Of a DNA stretch of 64,000 nucleotides, positions 37,124 through 53,566 are shown piece by piece. Where the stretch lies: positions 24,180,001 through 24,244,000 of the forward strand of contig OZ024755.1 of the NCBI GenBank assembly GCA_964016885.1. The letters run 5' to 3'. This DNA comes from Eledone cirrhosa (lineage: Eukaryota). The position numbers were made by a program, and so were the translations under genes. The notes beneath the pieces were generated by a model. The model searched no databases and had not been told where the DNA came from. It worked only from the letters and a program-made list of their open reading frames with translations. Numbering within the stretch: position 1 is the stretch's first letter; every line of letters begins with the position of its first letter.

Positions 37124-37627
37124 GTTGTAGTTATAGAAGAAATCAAAATTTCTTGGGGTTATGAATTACTTGCTATAAATGGTAATTGCTATAAAACGAC
37201 AAAAATCCATCTCGATATTAGCTGTATAAATAGGAAGAAATTACATTAGGGTTAATTTCATTTAGTGTTAAATTATTTCATGACAAAACATGTAAGCCCA
37301 CAGGATTGTTAATTTTGATTTTATTCCCCAAACTTAGAAAGATGCACAATAACTGAACATATTCTAGTAAATAGAATACACACGCCTACAGTGGTTATTA
37401 CACCACTGTGGACATCACAACAGACTCTGCCACCTACGATCTTAGCTCACAGTAAAGGCGATTGCTCTCACAGTAGCCAGCTACAATAAATGTATCAAGA
37501 GTTTGGGGAAGAGATGAACATACACACTTGAACAGTATTCTTAATAAATATATGAATTCGTTTCTAAAACTACGACTGAATGACTGATTATATTTGACTG
37601 ATATTGAAAAATGAATGACAATGCTAA

Positions 37628-37958
37628 TTTCATCATTTCATTTCATTTCACGTCCGCTTTTTCCCTGCTTGCAAGGGTGGGACAGGAACTGATTCTGGCT
37701 TGATTTCTACAGCTGGATGCCCTTCCTAACACCAACCTCATTTACAGTGAGTGCTGGGTGCTTTTTTTGCCACGACCACTTTGCAGTGGAATGATATGGA
37801 CCCCAGTCCCTATCATCTCATTTCTACAGCTGAGTAAACTGGAGCAATGTGAAATAAAGTGTCTTGCTCAAGGAAACAACACATCACCCGGTCTGAGAAT
37901 TGAACTCACAACCTTTCGATTGCAAGGTCAATGCTCTAACCACTAAGCCATGTGCCTC
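37628..37958 (-). mobile_element. SINE family B
   Basis: Near-identical to 21157-21495. Confidence 0.9.
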
Positions 37959-38279
37959 TAATGGTGATGACAATGATATAAGCACAGAATATTTACAACA
38001 ATGTAATCCTTTGTTTTAGGAAATAAATGTCTGTTTATAATACCTTTCCCACAACTGCTAAGCAGTACTTTGAAGATATCAAAAGAGCAAGCAAAAACAA
38101 AACCAAGAAAAGATTTCGAAAACAAGAATAAAAATTGTATATCCGTAGAAGAGTATTATTAGTTATGAAACGATACTTATTAAATGTAAACAATTAAATA
38201 GCTACATTTTTTTTACTAACAGAACTGAAAAATGAATCTTTTTAAATCTTTGTGGATAGCAAAATGAGACTCTTGAAGG

Positions 38280-39230
38280 TAAATTGATCACTCTCAAACA
38301 GGAGTTAAAAGCTGACATCAAATCACATTAGCTGATAGAAAGAAACAACCAGAAAATTAGTCAAAATCATTCAGAAGTTCCCAGAGTAGTGACGGGACAG
38401 TCAATAAAAAATCCCAGACAGACATCTTTCACGATAACATATGGACTCATTCTGGAGAAAAATCTGGAATGAGGAGTTTAACCAGGATAGAATCCAAAAG
38501 AAACATCAGCAGTGAATTACATTATATTTAAAATTGTAATAGGAGGATACCAGGACATGACTTGATCAATGGCTGACCTATTGGAGGAGTCTTAACTTTT
38601 ATGAGCAAGCTCCCAGTGGGAATGTAAATATACCAAGCTGGTTGGCATTTCTCCAATCAGCTGGGATGGGATGAACAACTTTTAAAACTACAGAACTGTG
38701 ATGTCAGAGGTATACCGGCATACAGGAATTTAGTTGCAGTCTTTTTGGATTACTAGAATGAATTTCATTCTGTTTTTCACTCTTATATGTTAGAGGCCCT
38801 CCAACTTACTAAAATTCCATAATGAAATCTATAGACAAATTAGCTTCATCGTGAACCATCAGCCAGAAATTAAATACAGGAAACGATTGCGTTTTCTCTG
38901 ATGAGATTAAATATCACAGGGATATATTTCAAGGAGAGGGTCACTCAGTGATATTGTTTATACTTACAGTGAAACTCTGATCCGTTTTGAGGAAATTTGA
39001 AGAGTATTTGATTGGCTCACAGAAAGATAACACCAACCCGACAACTTTTGTAAGGACGACATGAATGTGTATGTTATAAATACACTTGATATGAAGAGAC
39101 TGGACCTGATTACAACATACTAAAACGATATACAGATGGAGTTTGGCCAAGTTAGATATTTCTACCTGATTGTAAAACGAGGAAAACCTACCGCCATCCT
39201 GGAATATCTCAACATATAACTCTCAATCCT
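38280..39230 (+). pseudogene. Highly decayed R4/Dong-type reverse transcriptase
   Basis: IKYHRDIFQGEGHSVILFIL (cf. RGIFQGDSLSPLLF), CKDDMNVY (cf. YMDDLKLY) and MEFGQ..YLIVKRGK occur in the expected order. Confidence 0.7.
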
Positions 39231-39763
39231 TGTAAAGTATAAAACAAAGTGATGACAGTATTAAGATACACACACACACATATATCATCATCATCATTTT
39301 ATGTCTGCTTTTCCCTGCTTGCAAGGGCAGGATGGGTCCTATTCAGCACAGCATCTCTCCACTTGTCTTGGTCCTTCATCATCTCCTCCGTGAGCTTCAG
39401 CGATCTGAGGTCTGCTCTCACCACTTCCGCCCGTGTTTTTTGTGGTCTTCTACTGCATCTTCCTTCTACTGGGATTTCTTGGCACTTCTTTACCCAGCAA
39501 TCATCCTCCATGCGCATCACATGTCCATACCATCTCAGTCTTCTCTCCCGCACACCACAACTTATCCCTCTTATACACAGTTTCTCTCTCAACTCTTGGT
39601 CGTTCATGCACATTGACATTACACATTCAACGGAGCATGCTTGCTTCATTTCTCTCCAGCCATCGCATATCCTCTGTAGTTGCTGCCCATGTCTCACTAC
39701 CATGCAGCATCGTGCATCTCACACAGGCATCATATAACCGGCCCTTCGTATGCAGGGAGAAAC

Positions 39764-41550
39764 CAGTGGTGGATTAACAATATAAGCAAAGTAAACACGT
39801 GCTTAGGGCATCAAAGGGAGAAAGGACACCTCAAACATTTTTTATATGATGAATTTACAGTTTAAATTACAAAAGGTCCGTGAGTTCATTATTAACAAAG
39901 TTAAATCTTCTGGTTATTTTAGTTTGTCCGTTGATTCAACACCAGATTTATCACATAGCGATCAATTGAGTGTCGTACTTAGGTATTTACAAGATGGACA
40001 GCCTATTGAACGATGTTTAACCTTCATCATAATAGAAAACCACACTGGCAAGAATATGGCAAACCAGGTGCTGCTGCATTTACGTGAAGCTTGTGGGTTA
40101 AATGTTTCAAAATGTAGGGGTCAGACTTATGACAATGCTGCTAACATGTCTGGGCGTTATAACGGGATGCAGCAAAAATATATGTGCCCTGTGCAGCTCA
40201 TTCATTAATTCTTGTTGGCCAGAGTGCTGTTGACTGCTATCAAGAGGCTGTTAATTTTTTCTCTACAGTACAGTTACTCCATAATTTTTTTTCCACTTCC
40301 ACTAACCGTTGGAAAATTTTCAAAGATTATATTAAGAATGAATGTGTCTTGAAATCCTTCTCTGATACAAGATGGGAAGCACATGCTATGGCAACAGCAG
40401 CAATCTTGAAATCGTTCCCTGAGATTTCCGAGGCATTAGAATATATAGCCGAAGATAAATCACAAAAGGGAGACGCTAGAAGAGAGGCAAATAATATTGT
40501 TAATAAGATGCAAAAGCTAGAATTCGTTTTTATGTTGATTTTTTGGAATGAGATTTTGCAGAATTTTCACAGAGTAAGCAAAGTTCTACAAAAGGAGGAT
40601 GCGAACTTAAAGACATGTGCAGATATCTATGCATCATTAGCTGACCAACTAAACACCTCATGAGTTGAATTTGAAAGATATGAAAAAGAGGCCAAGGAAA
40701 TTCTTCCAGATGTTGATTACAGGATAACTGCAACTCGCAAACGTATTAGAAAAAAAGTACCCAATGACGGAGATACAGCAAAAGTTTATTTAGATACCAG
40801 AGATAAGTTTTGTATCACCACATTTTACACAATTGTTGACACACTTGCAGCTGAGATGGAAAGAAGAGGAGAAATATATAAAGAAATGGCAGAGAAACTT
40901 TTTTTTCTTAGTGATGTGCCAAACATAGGCACTCCATCAGCTACTAATATTGAAAGGTATTCTCAGTACTGTCAAAAGTTGATCGATGCTTATCCAGAGG
41001 ACTTCAATAGTAATTTCTCAGCTGAGCTTCAGCAGTTTCATTTATATGTGTGAAATAAGATGAGTAGAACAGAAAATGTAAAAACAAGATTTAATCATGC
41101 TGAACTTGATAAAATTATTGTAAAAGACAATATTGAGTGTGCCTTTCCAAATGTAGACATAGCCTTTCGTATATTTTTAACATTAATGGTTACGAACTGC
41201 TCAGCAGAGCGTTCATTTTCACGGTTGAAATATATTAAAAATCCCATCAGAACGACCATGCAACAATATAGGCTAGATGCTTTATCCCTATTGTGTATAG
41301 AAGCAGATGTGTTACGCAAGATTGGTTATGAGGATCTGATCAAAGACTTTGCAAGAAAAAAAAGCAGAAAAAAGTTATTCAATAAATAAAATTATTTTCT
41401 CTCTTTCTGTATGTTTTGCTTTATTTTGAAATTTCAATAAATAAAACTTTAATTTACCATATATTATTGTTTATGTTTTGATCTACAAATGTATGGGGGC
41501 ACCAAAGTTTTTTAGTGCTTCGGCTCTCTAAGGGTTTTAATCCGGCCCTG
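39764..41550 (+). mobile_element. hAT DNA transposon (Tip100/ZMYM1-like), internally deleted, 1787 bp
   Basis: TIRs CAGTGGTGGATTAA / TTAATCCGGCCCTG (11/14). Perfect 8-bp TSD GGAGAAAC at 39756-39763 and 41551-41558. Confidence 0.95.
39846..41389 (+). pseudogene. hAT transposase pseudogene (catalytic core plus hATC dimerisation domain), with frameshift and stops
   Basis: FSLSVDSTPDLSHSDQLS, GQTYDNAANMSG, CAAHSL, SDTRW and FPNVDIAFRIFLTLMVTNCSAERSFSRLK across ORFs 39846, 40184, 40856 and 41060. Confidence 0.93.
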
Positions 41551-41721
41551 GGAGAAACCCTTCTTTGTCAACAGAAGAAGCAGCTCCCTAAACTTCTTCC
41601 AACCCGTCCTTATTAGGTACCGGAAGCTATCAATCACTTCTATAGGACCCACCTGCATTTGAAAACTGTGTCTATCACTGTGATTACTACTGTCAAATTT
41701 CCCTGTACATCTATTGCATAC

Positions 41722-41782
<61 letters not shown>

Positions 41783-42294
41783 CGCCCCCATCTCTCTCGC
41801 CCTTGTTATCCAAATTCCTGCCATTGCAGAATATTGTAAAAATCAGAAAACAAATTTCAGCATAGGATGGGTTGACTACCAGATGGTTTTCAGGAAGAAA
41901 ACCATCTGGTAGTCAACCATCTGGTAGTCTGCTCCCCACTTGATGTCAATTTGGTAAGCAAAATGCAAGAGAAGGGGGATATTTGTGGATCATTGATGAG
42001 AAGCTGGCACATCCAACTTCATACCCATTATTATTGGGGCTAAAGATTATATAGCAACAGACCTGAGCCAAGGTATAAGTGAATTTGGTTTTGTGGAGTA
42101 AGAATCTTGTTTCTTAATTCATAAGCTACACATACCCACGATATCTGGAAACTTCAAAATATGTAAAACATTCTTAGGATGAACACTTACCAGAATGATG
42201 ATGACAATATTCTTTCTTTACAACCTTGCCACCAGGAAGGTGACCAGTCAAGAAAAATACTCGAAATTAAGAGAAAATTAGAACATACATAGAT

Positions 42295-43656
<1,362 letters not shown>

Positions 43657-44420
43657 CATCATCATCATCAACGTTTAACGTCCGTGTTCCACGCTTGCAT
43701 GGGTTTGGACGGGGGTAGTCCCACTTGAGGCAAGAGTGATTGTCTTGCTCGCATAGGACTGTCTGGCAGGTTTTCTACAGTTGGATGCCCTTCCTAACAC
43801 CAACCACATTTACAGTGTGGGTCTGGGAGGTTTTTACCGTGTTGCCTACACGGCCACATTACAGCGTGGACTGTGTGTTTTTTTGTCGTGACACCTACAC
43901 GATCTCATTTGTTTCGGCCTGGATGGCGCGGCACCAACATAACTTTACATAGAACGGGGTGGTGTGGATGGGGTGGGGGTGGTGGCGGGACGGGGTGTAG
44001 TTTGTTAGAGATGCCTACTGGCAAGGCGGGTCTTCTCTGTTACTGAGTACCGCCAAAGGTCACGGTCCAGTGACATTGTCTTGGAGAGGTGTAAGTGTGT
44101 GAGGTCGGAGTTTATCAGCTCATCCCATGTTTTTCTAGGTCTGCCTATTCCGTGGCTACCGTCTATCTTTATTGCCCTGCACTTTGTAATACAGCTATCG
44201 ACTTTCATGCGCATCACGTGTCCATACCAACGCAGCCTTCTCTCGAGTAAACAACATCTGATCCCTCTCATCTCTAATTTTTTCCTTAGTTCGTTTATGC
44301 TTTGCCGTTCACGTATATTACTGTTACACATCCAGCGGAGCATGCAAGCTTCGTTCCTCTCTAGTCTGCGTATATCCTCTGCACACAATGCCCAGGTCTC
44401 ACTACCATGCAACATTGCTG
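43657..44420 (-). mobile_element. RTE LINE family 1: 3' ORF fragment plus ~350-bp 3'UTR and (GAT)n tail
   Basis: [11 protein letters not shown]...MLRWMC...[12 protein letters not shown]...GRPRKTW, stop at 44005. UTR 43657-44004. Confidence 0.93.
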
Positions 44421-44424
44421 CATA

Positions 44425-44510
<86 letters not shown>

Positions 44511-44563
44511 CATACATATATATATATACATACATATATATATATACATACATATACAATATA

Positions 44564-44595
<32 letters not shown>

Positions 44596-44622
44596 CATAC
44601 ATACATATATATATATACATAC

Positions 44623-45632
44623 ATCATCATCATCATCATCATCATCATCATTTTACGTCCGCTTTTCCCTGCTTGCAAAGGTGGGACGGGTCTTATTCAG
44701 CACAGCATCTCTCCACTCGTCACGGTCCCTCGTCATCTCCACCGTGAGCTTCAATGATCTGAGGTCTGTTCTCACCACCTCCGCCCATGTTTTTCGTGGT
44801 CTACCTCTACCACGTCTTCCTTCAACTGGCATTTCCTGGCACTTCTTCACCCATCGGTCATCCTCCATGCGCATCACATGTCCATACCACCTCAGTCTCC
44901 TCTCCCGTACACTACATTCTATCCCTCTCAGACACAGTTTCTCTCTCAACACATTTATGCTGGGTCGTTCACGCACATTTACACTGCACATCCAACGGAG
45001 CATGCTTGCCTCATTTCTCTCCAGCCATCGCATATCTTCTGCGGTAGCTGCCCATGTCTCACTACCATGCAGCATCGCGCTCCTCACACAGGCATCATAC
45101 AACCGGCCTTTCGTACGCAGGGAGAAACCCTTCTTCGTCAACGGAAGCAGCTCCCTAAACTTCTTCCAACCCGTCCTTATTCTAGATACTATGGCCTCGG
45201 AACACCCTCCTCCCATGCTAATCTGATCTCCTAGGTACCGGAAGCTATCCACCACTTCTATAGCGCCCTCTCGCATTTGAAAAATGTGTCTATCAGTGCG
45301 ACTTCTACTGTCTAATTTCCCTGTACATCTACTGCATACATATTTCTCCCTACCTGTTAGTTTGCCTGCTATCCGCTACATCTCTTGTGTACCCAGGACC
45401 TACATTGTGTGCATTTTATAGAATTTATGCCAGTTCCTTTTCTGCATATGGAACATGGCCATTTCCCTGACGGAATCAGGGTTTTGTCCTCTTTTCTACT
45501 CATCAACACTTTTGTCTTAGCTAGATTTACTCTCAGTCCTCTTGCTTCCAACTGCTGTTTCCATAGCCGGAATTTATTCTCTAGCTCCTCTACTGATTCT
45601 GCCATAAGAGCCAGATCGTCAGCATAGAGAAG
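44623..45632 (-). mobile_element. RTE LINE family 2: RT C-terminal half, ORF running to the (GAT)n tail
   Basis: LLYADDLAL at about 45632-45605, GLRVNLAKTK, a Cys-rich insert, [13 protein letters not shown] and [12 protein letters not shown]. Disrupted between 45369 and 45276. Confidence 0.95.
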
Positions 45633-48345
<2,713 letters not shown>

Positions 48346-48989
48346 TATATAGATATATATTATTGTTGATATCACCGATGGAGGCTAGTTAATGACAATG
48401 TCGTTAGTGCAACTGTTATCGCCATAACCATTGCATGCATCAATATTTACATCACTATCTCTACCTTCCTCACTATCATAGTATGCAATCAGAGGAGACT
48501 TTTATATGCTTCACATTTACTGTTGAAAGTGTCTTGTTAGCTAGAAGCGAATAAAAAATTACATTGTTGATAATTTTGCTGGAAACTTGCTTCCTTTTGT
48601 CTATCATTTCTTTCTATACAGTTATTTTCCATTGTTCCGCCAAGGTGAGTGTTTTATTCATTATAATGAATATTTTAATTTATTTTTCTGTCCACTTGTC
48701 AACAGCAAACAGAAAACAAAGATTGTCACCCTTGTCATTTTGTTCCTCTCAGCGTCTGCTAATGAACACGAAAAACAGTAACCATAACAACGATAGAATA
48801 CATTGCATGATGTGGTCTGCATAAAACGATAGGTGCAATACAGGGAAAAACAACTAAAGAAGCACAAGCAACACAGAAATGTGTGATAGACAAAACATAT
48901 ATGCGTGAATACGTGTGTGTGTGTGTTTGTGTGTGTTTGTGTGTGTGTGTGTATATATATATATATACATTCCCCCACACACCCCCACC

Positions 48990-49216
48990 GCAAGGTGGTC
49001 GTGGAGGTGCCACGGCAAAAAAGCACCCAGCCCCACACTGTAAATATGGTTGGTGTTAGGAAGGGCATCCAGCTGTAGAAATCAAGCCAAATCAGTTCCT
49101 GTATGAGCAAGGCATGGTCAGCCGACCAGACACTGCCCACAACAGGACAACCCGTCTAACCCATGCTAGCGTGGAAGAACGGACGTAAAACGGTGATGAT
49201 GATGATGATGATGATG
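48990..49216 (+). mobile_element. RTE 3'UTR / SINE-tail fragment
   Basis: GGTGTTAGGAAGGGCATCCAGCTGTAGAAA...CGGACGTAAAA followed by (GAT)n. Confidence 0.8.
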
Positions 49217-49242
49217 CATCTACATGTGTGTATGTGTGTGTG

Positions 49243-49317
<75 letters not shown>

Positions 49318-49331
49318 GCATCTACATATAT

Positions 49332-50218
49332 ACATTGGCTCCCTTCCTTTTTATCATCGCAATGGACTATTGTCTGCACCTCGCACTGGAGAAACACCAG
49401 GACTCTTGCTTTACTGTAACACCAGCTCATAGTAGGAGAGTTAAGGCGAAAAAGATATCAGATGCTGAATTTGCCGATGACATAGTTTTGGTGACAAAGG
49501 GTTTGATGCAGGAAGTTGAGACCGTGTTGATGAGTGTGGGGCTGAGAATGAATGAGACTAAGACAAAATGTCTGGTAGAGAATATTGAGAAGCCAGAGGG
49601 GATTACTAATGTAGGCGGGAAGCCACTGGAATTAGTTGAGGACTTCCTGTATTTGGGAGCAAAGATTGGAATACGGAAGATGATGTGGTTGAGAGGAAGA
49701 GCAAAGCCTGGGCGGCGTGCCACAGTTTGAGATCGGTGTGGAAGTCGGACCTTCGTGAAGACCTGAAGATCCGCCTCTTCATTGCTGTAGTGGAGTCTGT
49801 GCTGCTGTACGGGTCTCAGACTTGGACACTGACCAAGAAACTCACTCAGATGGTGGATGGGTGCTACACGAGAATGCTGAGGATGGCTCTGAACATTAAT
49901 CAGTATACACTGAGGATGAAAAACTCAGAGCTGTATGAGAGCCTCTCAAAAGTCAGCTCAAAAGTGACACAGAGGAGACTGAGGTTGGCTGGACATGCTC
50001 ACCGACATCCAGAGTTGACACTGCACTCAGTGCTCCTGTGGAGCCCCTGCATGGACACACTGGAAGAGGAAGACCAAGGTTAACGTATGTTGATGCCATA
50101 AGGACAGACACTGGTCTGTTGGAGATGCAGGATATGGCAGCGATAATGAGGGACAGAGACCGCTGGAGAGAACTCGTCCATGGATCTCGGGAATTTTACC
50201 CGCCCTAGATAGATAGAT
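49332..50218 (+). mobile_element. RTE-clade LINE family 3: RT to C-terminus, frameshifted, (TAGA)n tail
   Basis: [54 protein letters not shown] and GRGRP. Confidence 0.92.
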
Positions 50219-50706
50219 ACATATATACATGCATATACATATATATATATGCATATACACATATATATATACATGCATATACATATATATATATATACAT
50301 GCATATACTTACATGCATATACATATATATATATACATGCATATACTTACATGCATATACATATATATATATATATATATATACATGCATATACTTACAT
50401 ACATATACATGCATATACATACATATACACCTACTTACACAACCACACATATATATAGGCATCGCTATTATATATAAATCTGACTTCTACAGGACTAGAA
50501 CTGTTTCATTCATATGATTCCCTTCTTTAAATGTGGTTACCCCCAACACAACTTGGAAATCTACATATAAATATATATATATGAAGCATTTGGGACCCCG
50601 GCGGCTAAGTTCCTGCTGTTTGGGTCCCGAATTCTTCATATTACCACACTCTATTACCCCAAGTATCGAGTACTCTGGTGAGTAATGGTCCATCAGGATC
50701 CATTCT

Positions 50707-50749
<43 letters not shown>

Positions 50750-50750
<1 letters not shown>

Positions 50751-51350
50751 GAGAAGAAGAATACTGTGTGGTTGCACATGGGTTACATATGATAAAAATA
50801 GTCCTTCGACAGTGATTTTCCAACCTTCATTGGTATTTCATCGCGTTAAAGACCATATACCTCCGGTTGGTGCGAGCAATAGCTAAATAAAGCTATTGGG
50901 CAAGTAAATCGCGTAAAGCGAGCGAGACAGTAAACAACAAGGAAGGATAGCAACGCAAAGATAGGAAAAAACAAGCAGCATGGGAATCCGGTCAGCTTAA
51001 GCTGGGTGGATTTCTTGAGTGAGCAGAATACAGACCGTCCGACGTGAGTGAGATGCGAGCAAGAAAAGAATCCACTACAGGCCAAATGGGAGGAAGTGAG
51101 AAGGGGAGAAACAGAGAGTGAGTGAGTGGAAGTGCGAGGAAGAGGCCAGTCGAGAGAAAGTGTAACTGACAAAGGGGGCGAAAGAAGTTGAAGAGAGAGA
51201 AAGAACCATATATCAAGAGAAAATACAGTATATTGTATATATATACTAGATAAATAATGTTACATTTGTATATATAAACATTTATAGTTTGTATATAAAC
51301 CAAAGATTAAGGCATTTATAAACTAACAATTGTTTCTACCCGGGTTACCT
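50750..51350. repeat. Unclassified CpG-containing dispersed repeat; first ~140 bp homologous to 57172-57300
   Basis: AATACTG..GGT.GCACATGG.T.ACAT...CAGTGATTT...TATTTCAT.GC.TTAAA at both sites; both lie between TA tracts. Confidence 0.5.
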
Positions 51351-51352
51351 TA

Positions 51353-51396
<44 letters not shown>

Positions 51397-51398
<2 letters not shown>

Positions 51399-51650
51399 AG
51401 TTATGTAATAAACAACATAAGGCAATTATTCCATTTACCAGTGGTTTCTTAAAAGCAAAAAATTTTGCTTTCAATCATCAGAATGAAAAAATCCTGATGA
51501 TTGAAAGCAAAATTTTTTGCTTTTAAGAAACCACTGGTAAATGGAATAATTGCCTTATGTTGTTTATTACATAACTATTAAGCTCTGTTACCTACATAGA
51601 GCACTCTTTTTTCTGGACTTTTCCGACGGAATTACTTCATTTATTCACAC
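51397..51650 (+). mobile_element. Penelope-derived fold-back: perfect 85-bp arms with hammerhead, plus tail
   Basis: Arms 51397-51481 and 51494-51578. The tail contains CATAGAGCACTC. TA tracts on both sides. Confidence 0.85.
51430..51487 (-). ncRNA. Hammerhead ribozyme (mirror copy on + at 51494-51546 lacks most of stem I)
   Basis: TTCATT-CTGATGA-TTGAAAGCAAA attt TTTGCTTTTAA-GAAA-CC act GG-TA-AATGGA; GUA triplet. Confidence 0.75.
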
Positions 51651-51818
51651 ATATATATATATAAGCAAGTTGATGTAAATAATGAACTTACAATCACCTG
51701 TTATATGCCTTGAAAAGTCCCACTATATGGTCGGACGAAACGGCTGTCGGCAATAAACTTGTTGTAATGTCATAATAGCTCCTTTGTTCATTTTCATTAA
51801 TATATATATATATATATA

Positions 51819-52216
51819 GTCTCGGCAAAGGCAATAGGGTGTAATCAACGGTCCCATTTCTCGCTTATAAGTGGTTATCAAGACTACATACCTCTTTGCC
51901 TGTTCCAAGAGTTATAGAAGCTGGATTCTTATAGAGTTCCAGTTATGTTTTAAATAAACATGCAGTATATCAAATATACTATACGTACATTCATATATAC
52001 ATCGCTATTTCAGAGCACCAATACTAATTCCTGATTTTTGCTGGACCGGCAACTGCTCCATTTAATCTGGTCTTAAACATAACGGGAATTCTATAAGAAA
52101 CCAGCTTCTATAACTCTCGGCAGAATCGAAGGGGTATGTAGTCTTGATAACCGCTTATGAGCGAGAAACGTGGCCGTTGATTACCCCCCCCCCCCCCCTT
52201 TGCTTTTGCCAAGACC
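51819..52216. repeat. Diverged inverted repeat (~135-bp arms, ~120-bp spacer)
   Basis: 51819-51953 vs the reverse complement of 52073-52216. The ORF track shows related peptides on opposite strands (ITTYKREMGPLITP / ITAYERETWPLITP). Confidence 0.85.
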
Positions 52217-53369
52217 AAGTAATTGACGTAGGCACTACTTTAAAATTCATAGCGATTCGTCTTCAAAATGTTTTCAAACACAGTATATTATCAAATATAC
52301 TATACGTTCATATATATATATACATTATAACTAACATGTATAAATTCTATATATTTCCTAGATAGGGATCTATATCTGTAATCAGCAGGCAAAAATAGGG
52401 AGAATTAACAAAGTGTTAACAGGTGTAATACACGTTGGTGTTTGCACACATGTGAACCAAAACTCACAGAAACCAACGGAAAACATGGTAAGCACTCAAA
52501 TATTTTCTTTGTATGTGCGAATATTGAAGCTCTGAAAGAGAATTGTTTTTTATCTTCATAGAGCTCATTGTGAATCTTTACACTGGATTGGATTGAATAT
52601 ATATATATTCTTGTTACTCTTGAATCTCTTCTACCGTTCCCTTAAGCCCCAGCGCCCTTCTAGACCTTCTCAACATCCCTCTCTTTGAGAACCTCTGCTC
52701 TACAGTGACAAGACTCATCTCTTAGCTAAAATAAAAATATTTAAACGCTACTTCGGTATTGAGTACTCTTTCTCACGTCCGTCCACATTACCTGTTGAAA
52801 ATTCGAAATTACACAAATCGACTGAGAGAACTGAAAATGTCTCATTGAAATAAGAACGCACGCTCTATCCCAATTCCACACGCAAGATTTTATCAGTGGT
52901 GTAATTAAATGAAGGAATACTCGATTCAATGCTAGTAGATTAAAGTGCACGAACATAGATTTAATTAATGAACACAGATTCATGAAGGGAATTAATTAAT
53001 AACGCTGAAAATTTCTATTTAATGACGTTGATAACAGTTAAATTATACTTATGATTAAGTTAGACATTTTAGGAAATCTATATATAATACCTTTATGAAT
53101 TTACGTCAGATAAGAGAAAAGTAATTTATATAAATGTCTTCTCTTTGACATCAAATATTATTCGTTTAATTTAGTATCTGAAAAACGATCGTAAAATTAG
53201 TGATTACAAGTATTTTATCAGCATTGAACTACTTTTTTGTAGTCTTGTTTATAATTATGATATCCTTAAGCAGACTACTTACTAATCATGTTTGGTTTCG
53301 AAATGCAGTTCATAAATCGATTATAGCTAGTTATTTTTTTTGGGGGGGGGGGGGGGGGGGATGCTAAGT

Positions 53370-53566
53370 CCGAATAACATTAACGTGAAATTCTGTTATA
53401 ACGAAATTCTCGGGGTATAAAAAATTCGTTGTAACGAAACAAATTTTATAACGAGATCGACCGAAACAAAGCGAGCGTTTGTTTGTTATTACCTCGGGGA
53501 TTGAAAAAATTCCGTATACTGAAAAATTCTTTATAATGGTATCTGTTATAACGGAATTTTACCTGT
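53370..53566. mobile_element. Tc1/pogo-type MITE fragment
   Basis: Repeated GTTATAACG subterminal motifs; right end GTTATAACGGAATTTTACCTG-TA. Confidence 0.55.

Larger units (their letters stand above)
39285..41722 (-). mobile_element. RTE LINE 3' part (39285-39763 and 41551-41722) split by a hAT insertion
   Basis: [15 protein letters not shown]...ASREKQT* then (GAT)n. The sequence on both sides of the hAT is collinear with the RTE at 44623-45632. Confidence 0.92.

Noticed and set aside
38941-39150. Minus-strand ORF with apparent splice signals
   Set aside because: It is antisense to a decayed R4/Dong reverse transcriptase.
44081-45226. 381-aa plus-strand ORF
   Set aside because: Antisense read-through of two RTE fragments joined by a TA tract.
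48595-48895. 12-bp inverted repeat TTTTGTCTATCA / TGATAGACAAAA
   Set aside because: Short, AT-rich and without a TSD; could be chance.
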